DNA of 64,000 nucleotides from Alphaproteobacteria bacterium (GTDB taxonomy: Bacteria > Myxococcota_A > UBA796 > GCA-2862545): the NCBI GenBank assembly GCA_020632925.1, contig JACKER010000007.1:308910-372909 (forward strand). Reading direction: 5' to 3'. The translations under genes were made by a program, and so were the position numbers. This document shows positions 37,083-47,510 of this stretch, one piece after another (position 1 is the stretch's first letter; each line of letters starts with the position of its first letter). The notes below the pieces were generated by a model. The model had not been told where the DNA came from. It saw only the letters and a program-made list of their open reading frames with translations, and made no database searches.

Positions 37083-38338
37083 GCGGCTTCGGTGGACTCG
37101 GCGAGGGCCAGCGTGCTCGCGAGCCCGCCGGACAGCACCTGGGCGACCTCGTCGAAGTAGCCGGTGCCGACCTCGCGCTGGTGGCGGATGGCGGTGTAGC
37201 CGTCGGACTCGCTGTCGAACTCGGCGGCCTGCAGCTCGGCGTAGGCGGCCATGCCGCGGTCCTTGTAGCCGCGGGCGAGCTCGAACATGGAGTGGTTCAG
37301 TGCGTGGAAGCCCGCCAGCGTCACGAACTGGAACGCGTAGCCCATCGCGCCCAGCTCCTGCTGGAAGCGTGCGATCTCGTCCTCGGACAGGTGGCGGCGC
37401 CAGTTGAAGCTCGGCGAGCAGTTGTAGGCCAGCTTCTTGCCGGGGAACTTCTCGTGCACCGCCTCTGCGAAGCGGCGCGCCTCGTCCAGATCGGGGTGGC
37501 TCGTCTCGCACCAGATCAGGTCGGCATGGGGCGCGTAGGCGAGCGCGCGGGCGATGGCCATGTCGATGCCGCCGGTGATGCGGAAGAAGCCCTCGGGCGT
37601 GCGCTCGCCGGTCAGGAAGGGCCGGTCGCGCTCGTCGATGTCGGAGGTCAGCAGCTGGGCGCTGTCGGCGTCGGTGCGCGCGATGAGCACCGTGGACACG
37701 CCGCTCACGTCGGCCGCGAGGCGCGCGGAGACCAGCGTGCGCACGAACTGCGAGGTCGGGACGAGCACCTTGCCGCCGAGGTGGCCGCACTTCTTCTCGG
37801 ACGCGAGCTGGTCCTCGAAGTGCACGCCCGCAGCGCCCGCCTCGATCATCGACTTCATGAGCTCGAAGGCGTTCAGCGGCCCACCGAAGCCCGCCTCGGC
37901 GTCGGCCACGATCGGCGCCAGCCAATAGCGCTTCGCGCCGCCCTCGGAGTGCTCGATCTGGTCGGCGCGCAGGAGCGCCTGGTTGATGCGCGAGACCACG
38001 CTGGGCACGCTGTTCGCGGGGTAGAGGCTCTGGTCGGGGTACATGGCGCCCGCGAGGTTCGCGTCGGCCGCGACCTGCCAGCCGGACAGGTAGATGGCCT
38101 CGAGGCCCGCACGGACCTGCTGCACGGCCTGGTTGCCGGTCAGGGCGCCGAGCGCGTTGACGTAGGGGCGCTCGTGCAGGAGCTGCCACAGGCGCTTCGC
38201 CCCCAGCTCGGCGAGGGTGTGGCGGACCTGGTAGCTGCCGCGCAGGCGGGCGACGTCCTCGTCGGTGTAGGGACGCACGATGCCGTCCCAGCGGTGTTCC
38301 TCCGGGGAGGGCAGGGTGATCTGTTCGGCGACGGACAT
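37073..38338 (-). CDS. aceA: Isocitrate lyase
   Basis: KKCGHLGGK signature. 421 aa. Located 2 nt downstream of malate synthase. Confidence 0.9.
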   Translation of the reverse strand: MSVAEQITLPSPEEHRWDGIVRPYTDEDVARLRGSYQVRHTLAELGAKRLWQLLHERPYVNALGALTGNQAVQQVRAGLEAIYLSGWQVAADANLAGAMYPDQSLYPANSVPSVVSRINQALLRADQIEHSEGGAKRYWLAPIVADAEAGFGGPLNAFELMKSMIEAGAAGVHFEDQLASEKKCGHLGGKVLVPTSQFVRTLVSARLAADVSGVSTVLIARTDADSAQLLTSDIDERDRPFLTGERTPEGFFRITGGIDMAIARALAYAPHADLIWCETSHPDLDEARRFAEAVHEKFPGKKLAYNCSPSFNWRRHLSEDEIARFQQELGAMGYAFQFVTLAGFHALNHSMFELARGYKDRGMAAYAELQAAEFDSESDGYTAIRHQREVGTGYFDEVAQVLSGGLASTLALAESTEAAQF

Positions 38339-38340
38339 GG

Positions 38341-39960
38341 TCACTCCTCGTTCAGGACGGCGGACGCCGCCAGGGTCAGGAACTCCTCGAGCTCGGGCTG
38401 CAGGCACAGCCGCTCCACCAGCGAGCGCGCCTGCTCCAGGCGGTCCTGCGGGAGCCGACCGGCGAGCCCGGCGACCTCCTCGTCGAGGACCGCGCGGACC
38501 AGCGCCGCGTCGACCACCCGGCCGTCGTCCAGCCGGGCACCGTGGTGGACCCACTGCCAGATCTGCGTGCGGCTGATCTCGGCGGTGGCGGCGTCCTCCA
38601 TGCGGTGGTCGATGGGTACGCAGCCGTTGCCCATCAGCCAGGCGGCGACGTACTCGACGGCCACCCGCGCGTTGGTCCGCAGGCCGGCCTCCGTGCGCGG
38701 CCCCTTCGGTACCTCGAGCAGGCGCGAGGGGTCTCCGAGGTCGCCGAGCCGCACGTGCAGCTGGTTCGGCCCGGGCATCCCGCGGTCGAAGACCTCCTTC
38801 GCGACCGCCACCAGACCGGGGTGCGCGACCCAGGTCCCGTCGTGGCCCTGCGCGACCTCGCGCTCCTTGTCGGCGCGGACCGCGGCCAGCGCGGCCTCGT
38901 TGGCCACCGGGTCGTTCTTGATGGGGATCTGGGCCGCCATCCCGCCGATCGCGTGCGCCCCCCGGCGGTGGCAGGTCTCCACCACGCGGCGGGTGTAGGC
39001 CGCGAGGAAGGGCCGGGTCATGCCGACCTCGCCGCGATCGGGCAGCACGAAGGCGGGATCGGCGCGATGGCGCTTGATGAAGCTGAAGATGTAGTCCCAA
39101 CGACCGCAGTTCAGGCCGACGATGCGGACGCGGAGCTCGTACAGGATCTCGTCCATCTCGAAGGCGGCGGGCAGCGTCTCGATGAGCACGGTGACGCGCA
39201 CGCTGCCCGGGGGGAGGCCCAGCTTCCGCTCGGCGTGGGCCAGGACCTGCTCCCACAGCCGGGCCTCGAGGTGGGACTCGAGCTTGGGCAGGTAGAGGTA
39301 GGGTCCGGAGCCGCGCTCCAGCAGCGTCCTCGCGTCGTGGAACAGGAACAGGCCGGCGTCGACGAGCGCGGCCGTGGCGGGCTCACCGTCGATCAGCACG
39401 TGGGGCTCGAGCATGTGCCAGCCGCGCGGGCGGACCATCAGCACCGCAGGTCGCTCGACCAGGCGGTAGGCCCGCCCGTCGGGGCTGTCCCAGGCGATCG
39501 TGCCGCGCGCGGCGTCGCGGAGGTTCACCTGCCCCTCGACGACGTTGTCCCAGGTGGGCGCGGTCGCGTCCTCGAGGTCGGCCATGAACACGGACGCGCC
39601 GGAGTTCAGCGCGTTGATCATCATCTTGCGGTCGGTCGGACCGGTGATCTCCACGCGGCGGTCGAGCAGATCGGCGGGTGCGGAGCGCACGGTCCAGTCG
39701 CCCTCGCGGACGCTCCGGGTCTCGGGCAGGAGCGCCAGCCGCTCGCCCGCGTCGAGCCGCGCCTGGCGTTCGCCCCGGCCGGCGAGCCGCGCGCGCACCT
39801 CGGGGCGGAAGGCCTGGACGAGCTCGGCGACGAAGCCGAGCGCTTCGGGGGAGAGGATCTCCTCCCAGCCAGGCTTCACCTCGCCCCGCAGCACCACGTC
39901 GGTCGTCCCTCGCTCGGTCGTCACCACCACTCCCTCCCGGCGTGGTGTAAATGTGGTCAC
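38341..39960 (-). CDS. aceB: Malate synthase A
   Basis: 539 aa. Conserved malate synthase regions (…[10 protein letters not shown]…DLEDA…, …[11 protein letters not shown]…). GTG start. Confidence 0.85.
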   Translation of the reverse strand: MTTFTPRREGVVVTTERGTTDVVLRGEVKPGWEEILSPEALGFVAELVQAFRPEVRARLAGRGERQARLDAGERLALLPETRSVREGDWTVRSAPADLLDRRVEITGPTDRKMMINALNSGASVFMADLEDATAPTWDNVVEGQVNLRDAARGTIAWDSPDGRAYRLVERPAVLMVRPRGWHMLEPHVLIDGEPATAALVDAGLFLFHDARTLLERGSGPYLYLPKLESHLEARLWEQVLAHAERKLGLPPGSVRVTVLIETLPAAFEMDEILYELRVRIVGLNCGRWDYIFSFIKRHRADPAFVLPDRGEVGMTRPFLAAYTRRVVETCHRRGAHAIGGMAAQIPIKNDPVANEAALAAVRADKEREVAQGHDGTWVAHPGLVAVAKEVFDRGMPGPNQLHVRLGDLGDPSRLLEVPKGPRTEAGLRTNARVAVEYVAAWLMGNGCVPIDHRMEDAATAEISRTQIWQWVHHGARLDDGRVVDAALVRAVLDEEVAGLAGRLPQDRLEQARSLVERLCLQPELEEFLTLAASAVLNEE

Positions 39961-40054
39961 GATCGTTCGATCGAGCCAGAAATCGCTCGTCAGGCTCGTA
40001 CAGGCGTGTCAATGTGAGATCTGTAAATCCGTAAAGGCTGTCAAGGAGGCTTGC
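39961..40054. promoter_or_regulatory. Divergent promoter/operator region between aceB and the RamB-like regulator
   Basis: Lower-GC intergenic spacer. AAGGAGG RBS 4 nt before the regulator GTG. Confidence 0.5.
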
Positions 40055-41473
40055 GTGTCGGACACGGCGCTCGGCACCCGCATCCGCGCCCTGCGCCGAC
40101 GGGACGGGCTCACGCAGGCCCAGCTCGCCGATCGCCTCGGGATCTCCGCGAGCTACCTGAACCTCATCGAGCACGGGAAGCGCCCGCTGCCCGCCGCCCT
40201 GCTCATCAAGCTCGCGCAGCAGCTCGAGGTGGACCTCGCCGCCTTCGCGCCGGACGCCGAGCTCGCCCTCGAGGCCAGCGTGCGCGAGGTGCTGGCGGAC
40301 CCGCTGTTCGACGAGCACCACCTGATCGGCACCGACGTGGGCGAGCTCGTGCGCGCGAGCCCCCAGGGTGCCCGGGCGCTGGTCGCGCTCTATGGCGCGT
40401 TCCGTGACACCCAGCGGACCGCCGACGGGCTCGCGGAGCGGCTGTCGGAGGACGTGGGCGCCGACCGCTCGGGCGTGTCGACGGAGGAGGTGAGCGATCT
40501 CATCCAGCGGCGGATGAACTGGTTCCCCGAGCTCGAGCAGGCGGCGGCGGACCTGTGGCGCGACGCGCGGCTCGAGACGCAGGACATGGGCCCCGGGCTC
40601 AAGCGGTACCTCACGGACGCGCTCGGGGTGCGCCTGCGCTTCGAGCCCGCCGGCGTGGGCCACACCACCCGCCGCTACGACCCCGAGCGCAAGGAGCTCG
40701 TGCTCTCCGAGGTCCTGCCCCCGCGCAGCCGCCACTTCCACCTCGCGCACGTGATCGCGCAGCTGCTGCACGCCGACCTGATCGAGCCCATCGCGCGCGA
40801 CGAGCGGCTCACGACCGAGGAGTCGCGGGTGCTGGCGCGAGTGGCGATGGCGAACTGGTTCGCGGGTGCGGTGCTCATGCCGTACGACAAGCTGCTGACC
40901 GCCGCCCGCGAGGTGCGCTGGGACGTGGAGCTGCTGGGCCACCGGTTCCGGACGAGCTGGGAGCAGGTGTGCCACCGGATCACGGCGCTGCGCAGGCCGG
41001 GCGCGGAGGGGCTGCCCTTCCACCTGATCCGCGTGGACGTGGCGGGGAACATCAGCAAGCGCTTCAGCGCGTCGGGCATCCACTTCCCGCGGTTCTCGGG
41101 CGTGTGCGCGCGGTGGAACGTGTTCAGCGCCTTCCAGACGCCGGGGCTCGTGCGCACGCAGGTGAGCCGGATGCCCGACGGCACGGCGTTCTTCTGCTTC
41201 GCGCGGACGGTGCGGCGCGAGGCGGGCGGGTACCACGCGGCCCAGGCGATGCACGCGATCGGCATGGGCGTGCCGCTCTCGTTCGCCCGCGAGCTGGTCT
41301 ACGCGGACGGCATCGAGGTCGGGGAGGCCGCGGCGGCCGTACCCATCGGCGTGACCTGCCGCACCTGCGAGCGCCTCGACTGCGCGCAGCGGGTGTGCCC
41401 GCCGCTCCAGCGTCCGCTGCGCATCGATCCGAACGTGCGGGGGACCAGCTTCTTCGCGCCTCCGGAGGAGTAG
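40055..41473 (+). CDS. RamB/ScfR-like transcriptional regulator (XRE HTH + DUF955/IrrE-like metallopeptidase-like + DUF2083)
   Basis: N-terminal HTH LTQAQLADRLGISASYLNLIEHGKR. Central HExxH-like region. Divergently transcribed from aceB-aceA, as for RamB in Actinobacteria. Confidence 0.7.
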   Translation: MSDTALGTRIRALRRRDGLTQAQLADRLGISASYLNLIEHGKRPLPAALLIKLAQQLEVDLAAFAPDAELALEASVREVLADPLFDEHHLIGTDVGELVRASPQGARALVALYGAFRDTQRTADGLAERLSEDVGADRSGVSTEEVSDLIQRRMNWFPELEQAAADLWRDARLETQDMGPGLKRYLTDALGVRLRFEPAGVGHTTRRYDPERKELVLSEVLPPRSRHFHLAHVIAQLLHADLIEPIARDERLTTEESRVLARVAMANWFAGAVLMPYDKLLTAAREVRWDVELLGHRFRTSWEQVCHRITALRRPGAEGLPFHLIRVDVAGNISKRFSASGIHFPRFSGVCARWNVFSAFQTPGLVRTQVSRMPDGTAFFCFARTVRREAGGYHAAQAMHAIGMGVPLSFARELVYADGIEVGEAAAAVPIGVTCRTCERLDCAQRVCPPLQRPLRIDPNVRGTSFFAPPEE

Positions 41474-41494
41474 GCTCGGGATCGGAGGAGACGG

Positions 41495-41884
41495 ATGACC
41501 AGCTTCTGCTTGGCATTCCCTGGTGTGGTGCTGCGCTTGCTGGCGGAGGCGATCCTGCTCGGCCTCGCCACGCGCTTGATCCGCATCGATCGCACGGCGG
41601 GGCTCGTCCTCGGCAGCGGTGTGCTGCTGGCCATCGTGGGCGAGGTGGGCGTGCCGCTGGTCGGGTGGGGCGGCATCTTCGCGATGTCGAGCATGAACCC
41701 GTCGGCGCCACCGTTCCCCGAGGACGGGCCCCTGGTGCTGGTGTTCGTGGCCGGCTGGTTCGTGCTCGAGAACCTCGGTCCCATCGGCAACGCGCTGGCC
41801 TCGATGGGGTGCGCCATGGCCATCCACCGGCTGATGGGCCGCATCCCCGAAGAGGCCTGGGACCGGAACATCGAGCGGAGCTGA
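41495..41884 (+). CDS. Small integral membrane protein (129 aa)
   Basis: GGAGGAG RBS. 3-4 hydrophobic helices. Confidence 0.5.
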   Translation: MTSFCLAFPGVVLRLLAEAILLGLATRLIRIDRTAGLVLGSGVLLAIVGEVGVPLVGWGGIFAMSSMNPSAPPFPEDGPLVLVFVAGWFVLENLGPIGNALASMGCAMAIHRLMGRIPEEAWDRNIERS

Positions 41885-41887
41885 CCA

Positions 41888-43168
41888 CTACAGTCGGTCG
41901 AGCAGCCACCCGCCCGCGACCTCCGCGGTGTCGCCGGGGAAGGCGTGGACCCCGAGCGGACGCACGTCCGCCGCCACCTCGACGCCCTCGGCCGCCAGCC
42001 GGTCGTGGTACGGCCGCATCGTCGCCACGGGGACCACGGGATCGAGCGCGCCGTGCAGGAAGACGGTGGGCGGGTGGTCCGCGGGGAGCTCGTCGGGGAC
42101 CTGACAGAGCACGCCGGAGCAGCTGGCGTAGGACGCGGCCACGATCGCGATGGCGTCGAAGCGATCGGGCTGCCACACCGCGAGCCGGCTCGCCATGTAC
42201 CCCCCGGAGCTGATGCCCACCGCCCCCCAGCGCTCGCTCGACAGCGGGCCGAGCTCGCCGGCGTCGACGGACGCCTCGATCGCGAGGAAGAAGGCGGCGT
42301 CGGGCGATCCGTCCCAGTCGCCCGCCCACGGAGGCACGTTCGTGTCCCAGAACCCGAAGCCGTCGCCGTGCGCCTCGGGGGCCAGGACCGCGACCCCGCC
42401 GTCGAGGAGCGCGGCGGTCGTCTCGACGCCGTGGACGCCGCCCGCGGGGGTGAGCGAGGACGCGGAGACGTAGAGCGAGGCGGGCGCGAACGAGCCCTGG
42501 AGCATCCAGGCCACCGGCCACCCGCCGTCCGGCGGCTCGCCCTCGGGGAGCGCGACGTGGACCTGCCGTCCGTCGACGTCGATGGTGTCGTGCGGGCAGC
42601 GGAGCACGGTGCCGTCCTGCTCGCAGGTGCTGCCGGTCACGCCCTTGCACCCGGCGGCGGCGACGAGCACGCCCACGCGGAGGTGGCGCGCGAGCGCGGG
42701 GCGTCGGACCGCGAGCGCCGAGAGGACCCGGGCCACCAGCGACAGGCGACGTCGGCCGGCGCTGCCGGCGGGCTCGAGCGTGACCCGCCCGTCGGGGTGC
42801 AGCGCCGCCGCCCGTAGCGTCAGCGAGGGGCCGAGGCCCACGAGCACCATGCCCTCCCCGTCGATGGACACGCGGAGCGGCGTGCGCAGGACGTGCGCGC
42901 CGGGCCCTCCCTCCGCCGAGGCCTCCACGACGAGCCGCGACCCCGCGGGCAGCTCGGCGTGGACCAGGCGCGGGACCAGCTTGGCGACGACACCCCCGCT
43001 CGTGCCCACCCAGCCCGAGAGCGCCGGATCGACCGCGGACGCCACCCGTGCCTCGAAGACCTCGAGCCGGACGGGGTCCAGGTCGGCGCGCTGCTCGCCG
43101 CGGGCGTCGCGGAGCACGAGCTCGCCGCTGTCGAAGCGTCGCGTCCACCGCCGCAACGGCAGCGTCAC
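41888..43168 (-). CDS. Alpha/beta-hydrolase (esterase / PHB-depolymerase-like) with an N-terminal extension
   Basis: GISSGGYMA nucleophile elbow. GTG start in GTGA overlap with the upstream small gene. An internal lipobox-like VLVAAAGC means the true start and domain boundaries are uncertain. Confidence 0.5.
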   Translation of the reverse strand: MTLPLRRWTRRFDSGELVLRDARGEQRADLDPVRLEVFEARVASAVDPALSGWVGTSGGVVAKLVPRLVHAELPAGSRLVVEASAEGGPGAHVLRTPLRVSIDGEGMVLVGLGPSLTLRAAALHPDGRVTLEPAGSAGRRRLSLVARVLSALAVRRPALARHLRVGVLVAAAGCKGVTGSTCEQDGTVLRCPHDTIDVDGRQVHVALPEGEPPDGGWPVAWMLQGSFAPASLYVSASSLTPAGGVHGVETTAALLDGGVAVLAPEAHGDGFGFWDTNVPPWAGDWDGSPDAAFFLAIEASVDAGELGPLSSERWGAVGISSGGYMASRLAVWQPDRFDAIAIVAASYASCSGVLCQVPDELPADHPPTVFLHGALDPVVPVATMRPYHDRLAAEGVEVAADVRPLGVHAFPGDTAEVAGGWLLDRL

Positions 43169-43416
43169 CGGCGGAGGTCCTCCACCAGACCCTTGAGCGT
43201 GTCGAGGTCGCCGTACCACTCGGTCACCTCGGGACAGGCGAGCAGCGCCTTCTCGACGTTGGACAACAGGCTGCCGCCGCGCGCGACCGACCCGAGCCAG
43301 TTGGCCACGAACAGCACGACCCGGGCCTCGGCGCCCTCCTCGACCTCGAGCAGCCCGGCGTCGAGCATGCGTGCGACGACGGACTCCGAGAACCCGACGA
43401 GGAAGGGTGTGGACAT
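43165..43416 (-). CDS. Small hypothetical protein (83 aa)
   Basis: ATG start. Coupled via GTGA to the downstream hydrolase. Confidence 0.4.
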   Translation of the reverse strand: MSTPFLVGFSESVVARMLDAGLLEVEEGAEARVVLFVANWLGSVARGGSLLSNVEKALLACPEVTEWYGDLDTLKGLVEDLRR

Positions 43417-43464
43417 CGATCCCGCATATCGTTTAGAGGCATGGACCCCAACCCGGAGGAGACG

Positions 43465-43965
43465 ATGACGGTGTGGATCGCGCTGGCGGTCGGCTGCACG
43501 ACGACCAGCTCCGTGACGGACACGACACCGGCGGACACGGACACCGACACCGACATCGACGCGGACACCGACGCCGACGCCGACGCCGACTCGGACGCCG
43601 ACACCGACAGCGACACCGACACCGACGCGGACACCGACACGGCGGACACCGGCGCCACGACGCCTCCGCCGCTGTGGGCCGACGTGCAGCCCATCTTCTA
43701 CGCCCACTGCCAGGTCTGTCACGACGGACCCCCCGGCTTCGCGATGAACAGCCCGTCCGATCTGGTGGGCGTGGCCTCGGTCCAGGTGCCGACGATGTCG
43801 CTGGTGACGGCGTTCGACAGCGCCAACAGCTACCTGTACCTCAAGACCGAGGGGACCCAGGCGAGCGTGGGTGGCATCGGGCAGCAGATGCCGCGTGGCG
43901 AGCCGGCGCTGTCCCAGGCGGACATCGACCTCGTCCGCGACTGGATCGACGGCGGCGCGCTGTAG
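43465..43965 (+). CDS. Lipoprotein with an Asp/Thr hexanucleotide-repeat linker and a PSCyt1-like (CxxCH) domain
   Basis: MTVWIALAVGC lipobox. (DT/DA)n tract. …FYAHCQVCHDG…QQMPRGEPALSQADIDLVRDWIDGGA resembles the planctomycete cytochrome C (PSCyt1) domain. Alternative ATG at 43441. Confidence 0.6.
   Translation: MTVWIALAVGCTTTSSVTDTTPADTDTDTDIDADTDADADADSDADTDSDTDTDADTDTADTGATTPPPLWADVQPIFYAHCQVCHDGPPGFAMNSPSDLVGVASVQVPTMSLVTAFDSANSYLYLKTEGTQASVGGIGQQMPRGEPALSQADIDLVRDWIDGGAL
43505..43650. repeat. Hexanucleotide (gacacc/gacgcc)n coding tandem repeat
   Basis: About 24 imperfect units encoding a (D-T/D-A)n linker. Confidence 0.85.
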
Positions 43966-44000
43966 CCCGGTGGCATATCCTGGGGGGACGGAGGTACCCG

Positions 44001-45746
44001 TTGGATTCCGCCGCCGCCCGCCTCGTCGAGACCATCCGCAACCACATCGTCGGCGACGACTACGCGCTGGAGGGCCCCTACGGCCTGCGGCGGGTGACCT
44101 ACGCGGACTACACCGCGTCCGGCCGCTCGCTGTCGTTCATCGAGGATTTCCTCCGGAACAACGTCCAGCCGCTGTACGCGAACACGCACACGGAGACCAG
44201 CGGGACGGGCCTGCAGACCACGCGGTTCCGGGAGGACGCGCGGCGCATCGTGAAGCAGGCCTGCGGTGGCACCGACGAGGACTGCGTCATCTTCTGCGGG
44301 TCGGGGGCGACCGCGGCGATCGACAAGCTCATCGCCATCCTCAACCTGCGCATCCCGAAGGATCTGGACCGCAAGTACCGCCTGTCGGACCACATCCCCA
44401 AGGAGGAGCGGCCCGTCGTGTTCATCGGGCCGTTCGAGCACCACAGCAACGAGCTGCCCTGGCGCGAGTCCATCGCCGAGGTGGTGGTCATCGACGAGGA
44501 CACCGACGGGCTCATCGACCAGGAGATGCTCGAGCGCAAGCTGATCGAGTACGCCGACCGGCCGCTGCGCATCGGCTCGTTCTCGGCCGCGAGCAACGTG
44601 ACCGGCATCGGGTCCAAGGTCGGCGCCGTCAGCCGGCTGATGCACAAGCACGGCGGGCTCGTGTTCTGGGACTTCGCGGCGGCCGGGCCGTACGTGAAGA
44701 TCGAGATGAACCTGTGGACCGACGGACCCGACGGCCACCTGGCGTACAAGGACGCCATCTTCCTGTCGCCGCACAAGTTCATCGGCGGCCCCGGGACCCC
44801 GGGCGTGCTGGTGGTGAAGAAGAAGCTGCTCCAGAACAGCGTCCCCGCCGTGCCGGGCGGCGGCACCGTTCGCTTCGTGAGCAACACCCACCACAAGTAC
44901 ATCGAGGACCCCGAGCACCGCGAGGAGGGCGGGACGCCCGCGATCCTCGAGTCCATCCGCTGCGGGCTCGTCTTCCAGCTCAAGGAGGCCGTCGGTCCCG
45001 AGAACATCCGGGCGCTCGAGCACGCGTTCATCCGTCGCGCCATCGAGACCTGGTCGCAGAACGAGAACCTGCGCATCCTGGGCAACCTCGAGGCCTGGCG
45101 CCTGTCCATCGTGTCCTTCATGGTGCGTCACCAGAACGGCTTCCTGCACTACAACTACGTCGTCGCCCTCCTCAACGACCTGTTCGGCATCCAGGCGCGC
45201 GGCGGCTGTTCGTGCGCGGGACCCTACGGTCACCGCCTGCTCGGCATCGACGAGACCACGAGCTGCGCCTTCGAGGACGCCATCCTCCATGGCTGCGAGG
45301 TCACGAAGCCTGGCTGGGTGCGGGTGAACTTCAACTACTTCATCAGCGAGACCCAGTTCCAGTTCGTGCTCGACGCGGTCGGCTGGGTGGCGGAGCACGG
45401 CTGGAAGCTGCTGCCGCACTACACCTTCGACGAGAAGACGGGCAACTTCCGCCACCGCCAGGCGCGCACCGAGCCCTCGATGCGCCTGTCCGACATCTCG
45501 TACGCGACCGGTCGGATGTCGGTGCGCTCCCGCCACGCGACCGAGCCCGAGTCGGCGCTCCCGACGTACATCGCGGAGGCCGACCGCATCCTCGCCGAGG
45601 CGATTCGCGGGTTCGAGCAGGAGCAGCCCGTCGAGCAGCACACGACCTTCGACCGGCTCCGCTGGTTCCCGCTCCCCGGCGAGGTGCTGCGCGAGCTCTC
45701 CAGCGGGGACTTCACGCAGCCGGCGTTCGTCCTGGCCGACCGGTGA
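44001..45746 (+). CDS. Aminotransferase class V-fold PLP-dependent enzyme (cysteine desulfurase-like)
   Basis: 581 aa. PLP-fold motifs (…SFSAASNVTG…, SPHKFIGGPG). TTG start with GGAGG 7 nt upstream. Confidence 0.65.
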   Translation: MDSAAARLVETIRNHIVGDDYALEGPYGLRRVTYADYTASGRSLSFIEDFLRNNVQPLYANTHTETSGTGLQTTRFREDARRIVKQACGGTDEDCVIFCGSGATAAIDKLIAILNLRIPKDLDRKYRLSDHIPKEERPVVFIGPFEHHSNELPWRESIAEVVVIDEDTDGLIDQEMLERKLIEYADRPLRIGSFSAASNVTGIGSKVGAVSRLMHKHGGLVFWDFAAAGPYVKIEMNLWTDGPDGHLAYKDAIFLSPHKFIGGPGTPGVLVVKKKLLQNSVPAVPGGGTVRFVSNTHHKYIEDPEHREEGGTPAILESIRCGLVFQLKEAVGPENIRALEHAFIRRAIETWSQNENLRILGNLEAWRLSIVSFMVRHQNGFLHYNYVVALLNDLFGIQARGGCSCAGPYGHRLLGIDETTSCAFEDAILHGCEVTKPGWVRVNFNYFISETQFQFVLDAVGWVAEHGWKLLPHYTFDEKTGNFRHRQARTEPSMRLSDISYATGRMSVRSRHATEPESALPTYIAEADRILAEAIRGFEQEQPVEQHTTFDRLRWFPLPGEVLRELSSGDFTQPAFVLADR

Positions 45747-45901
45747 CCGAGCCCGAGGTCTCCCCGGTTCCCTGGCCGCTGGTGCTCGTCATGGGCACGA
45801 GCGTGTTCTCCGCCCTCCTGTGGGGTTTCTCGACCTTGTTCAACGGTCGCAGGACCTTCCGCGGGCCGCGCGAGGCCGATGGCGAGGACGGTCAGGAGTA
45901 G
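45743..45901 (+). CDS. Micro membrane protein (52 aa, 1 TM)
   Basis: GTG in GTGA overlap with the aminotransferase stop. Hydrophobic WPLVLVMGTSVFSALLWGF. Confidence 0.35.
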   Translation: MTEPEVSPVPWPLVLVMGTSVFSALLWGFSTLFNGRRTFRGPREADGEDGQE

Positions 45902-45990
45902 GTTGGGGGTGGCCGAACCCGGTGCGTACCGGATACGCATGGTGGTCCCTTCGTCCGGGGGGGCGTGACGCGCGGTCCGAGCAGGAGAGC

Positions 45991-46911
45991 ATGGTCCAGT
46001 CCGTCATCGTCATCGGCGGCCTCGCACTGTTCGAGGTGATCAGCTCGATCGACAACGCGATCGTCAACGCGACCGTGTTGAAGACGCTCCCGGAGAAGTA
46101 CCGCCGCCTGTTCCTGGTGTGGGGGCTCCTCGTCGCCGTCGTCATCGTCCGCGGCGTGCTCCCGTTCCTCATCGTGTGGCTGGCGAGCCCGGAGATGTCC
46201 CTCATGGACACGCTCCACCTCGTGTTCTCGCAGCCCAAGAAGATGGAGGAGGCGCTGCACACCAGCAAGCCGCTGCTGCTGCTGGGCGGCGGGGTGTACC
46301 TGCTCTACGTCTTCCTCGGCTGGCTCTTCCTCGAGGAGAAGAAGTACGCGTTCCTGGTGGAGCACTTCGTCCATCGGCAGGCGGTCTGGTTCAACGCCGT
46401 CGCCGCCATCGTGATGTGCACGATCATCTACTTCGGGGTGCGAGGCGACAACCCGATGTTGGCGTTGTCCGCCGCTATCGGCTCCATGGCCTTCTTCGTG
46501 ACGGACGGGTTCCGGAAGAACGCGGAGGAGGCGGAGGAGCGGCTGCAGACCCAGGCGCTGTCGGCCTGGAGCAAGCTGCTCTACCTCGAGGTGCTGGACG
46601 CGAGCTTCTCGATCGACGGGGTCATCGGGGCCTTCGCGTTCACGCTGTCGGTGCCCCTGATCCTCATCGGCAACGGGCTCGGCGCGCTGGTCGTCCGCGA
46701 GGTCACCATCCGGGGCGTCGATCTGGTGTCCAAGTTCGCGTACCTGAAGAACGGCGCGATGTACTCGATCGGCATGTTGGGCGCGCTCATGATCGCGGAG
46801 TCCTTCGGCCACCACTTCCCCTTCTGGGTGGCGCCGATGAACACGCTGGTGCTGTTGTTCGTGTTCCTCGGGCTGTCCGTCCGCGAGCTCCGCATGGCGA
46901 AGGCGCTCTGA
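45991..46911 (+). CDS. TerC/DUF475-family integral membrane protein
   Basis: SIDNAIVNA motif. Multi-pass membrane protein. AGGAG RBS. Confidence 0.6.
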   Translation: MVQSVIVIGGLALFEVISSIDNAIVNATVLKTLPEKYRRLFLVWGLLVAVVIVRGVLPFLIVWLASPEMSLMDTLHLVFSQPKKMEEALHTSKPLLLLGGGVYLLYVFLGWLFLEEKKYAFLVEHFVHRQAVWFNAVAAIVMCTIIYFGVRGDNPMLALSAAIGSMAFFVTDGFRKNAEEAEERLQTQALSAWSKLLYLEVLDASFSIDGVIGAFAFTLSVPLILIGNGLGALVVREVTIRGVDLVSKFAYLKNGAMYSIGMLGALMIAESFGHHFPFWVAPMNTLVLLFVFLGLSVRELRMAKAL

Positions 46912-47510
46912 TGGACTCGTGCGAGCGGTGTCGCAAGCCCACGAACGTCTGCGTGTGCGATCGCTGTGAGCGCGTCCCGTGCGGGGTGACCGTCCTGGTG
47001 CTGCAGCACCCGCAGGAGGAGGACCGGGTGCTGGGGACGGTGCCGCTGCTGGAGGCGGTGGTGGGTGCCGACCGGCGCGTGGGGCTGTCCTGGGCGAACC
47101 TGGCCGCGGCGCGCGGAGGCCCGACGGAGGGTCGCTGGGCGGTCGTGTGGCCCCAGCAGCTCCCCGAGGGCGCACCGGTGCCGGAGGCCGGGCAGGTGCT
47201 GCACCTCGACCGCGCCGGGAAGCCGACGGACGAGAAGCTCGAGGGCATCGTGCTGCTCGACGGCTCCTGGAGCCAGGCGAAGGCGCTGTGGTGGCGGAAC
47301 GCCTGGCTGCTCAAGCTCGACCGCATCGTGCTCTCCCCGAAGGAGGCCTCGATCTACGGGCGGCTGCGCCGCGAGCCGCGCCCCACCTATGTCTCCACGC
47401 TGGAAGCCGCCGCCGACGCGCTCGTCGCGCTGGGTGAGCCCGAGGAGACGCGCGGGGCGCTCCGGCGGGCGATGCGGACGATGGTGCAGCGGGCACGCGA
47501 CGCCGGGTGA
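46911..47510 (+). CDS. DTW-domain protein (tRNA acp3U transferase TapT/TuaA family)
   Basis: Cys-rich N-terminus (CERCRKP…CVCDRC). DGSWSQAK (D-S-W) motif. 1-nt overlap TGATG with the upstream gene. Confidence 0.65.
   Translation: MDSCERCRKPTNVCVCDRCERVPCGVTVLVLQHPQEEDRVLGTVPLLEAVVGADRRVGLSWANLAAARGGPTEGRWAVVWPQQLPEGAPVPEAGQVLHLDRAGKPTDEKLEGIVLLDGSWSQAKALWWRNAWLLKLDRIVLSPKEASIYGRLRREPRPTYVSTLEAAADALVALGEPEETRGALRRAMRTMVQRARDAG

Noticed and set aside
37073-39256. 727-aa minus ORF spanning aceA and into aceB
   Set aside because: The frame over-extension upstream of the isocitrate lyase Met is Arg/Pro-rich junk. aceA begins at 38338 directly after the aceB stop.
41945-42817. 290-aa plus-strand ORF inside the hydrolase gene
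   Set aside because: Antisense to an ORF carrying a GxSxG esterase motif. Composition is Arg/Gly-rich.
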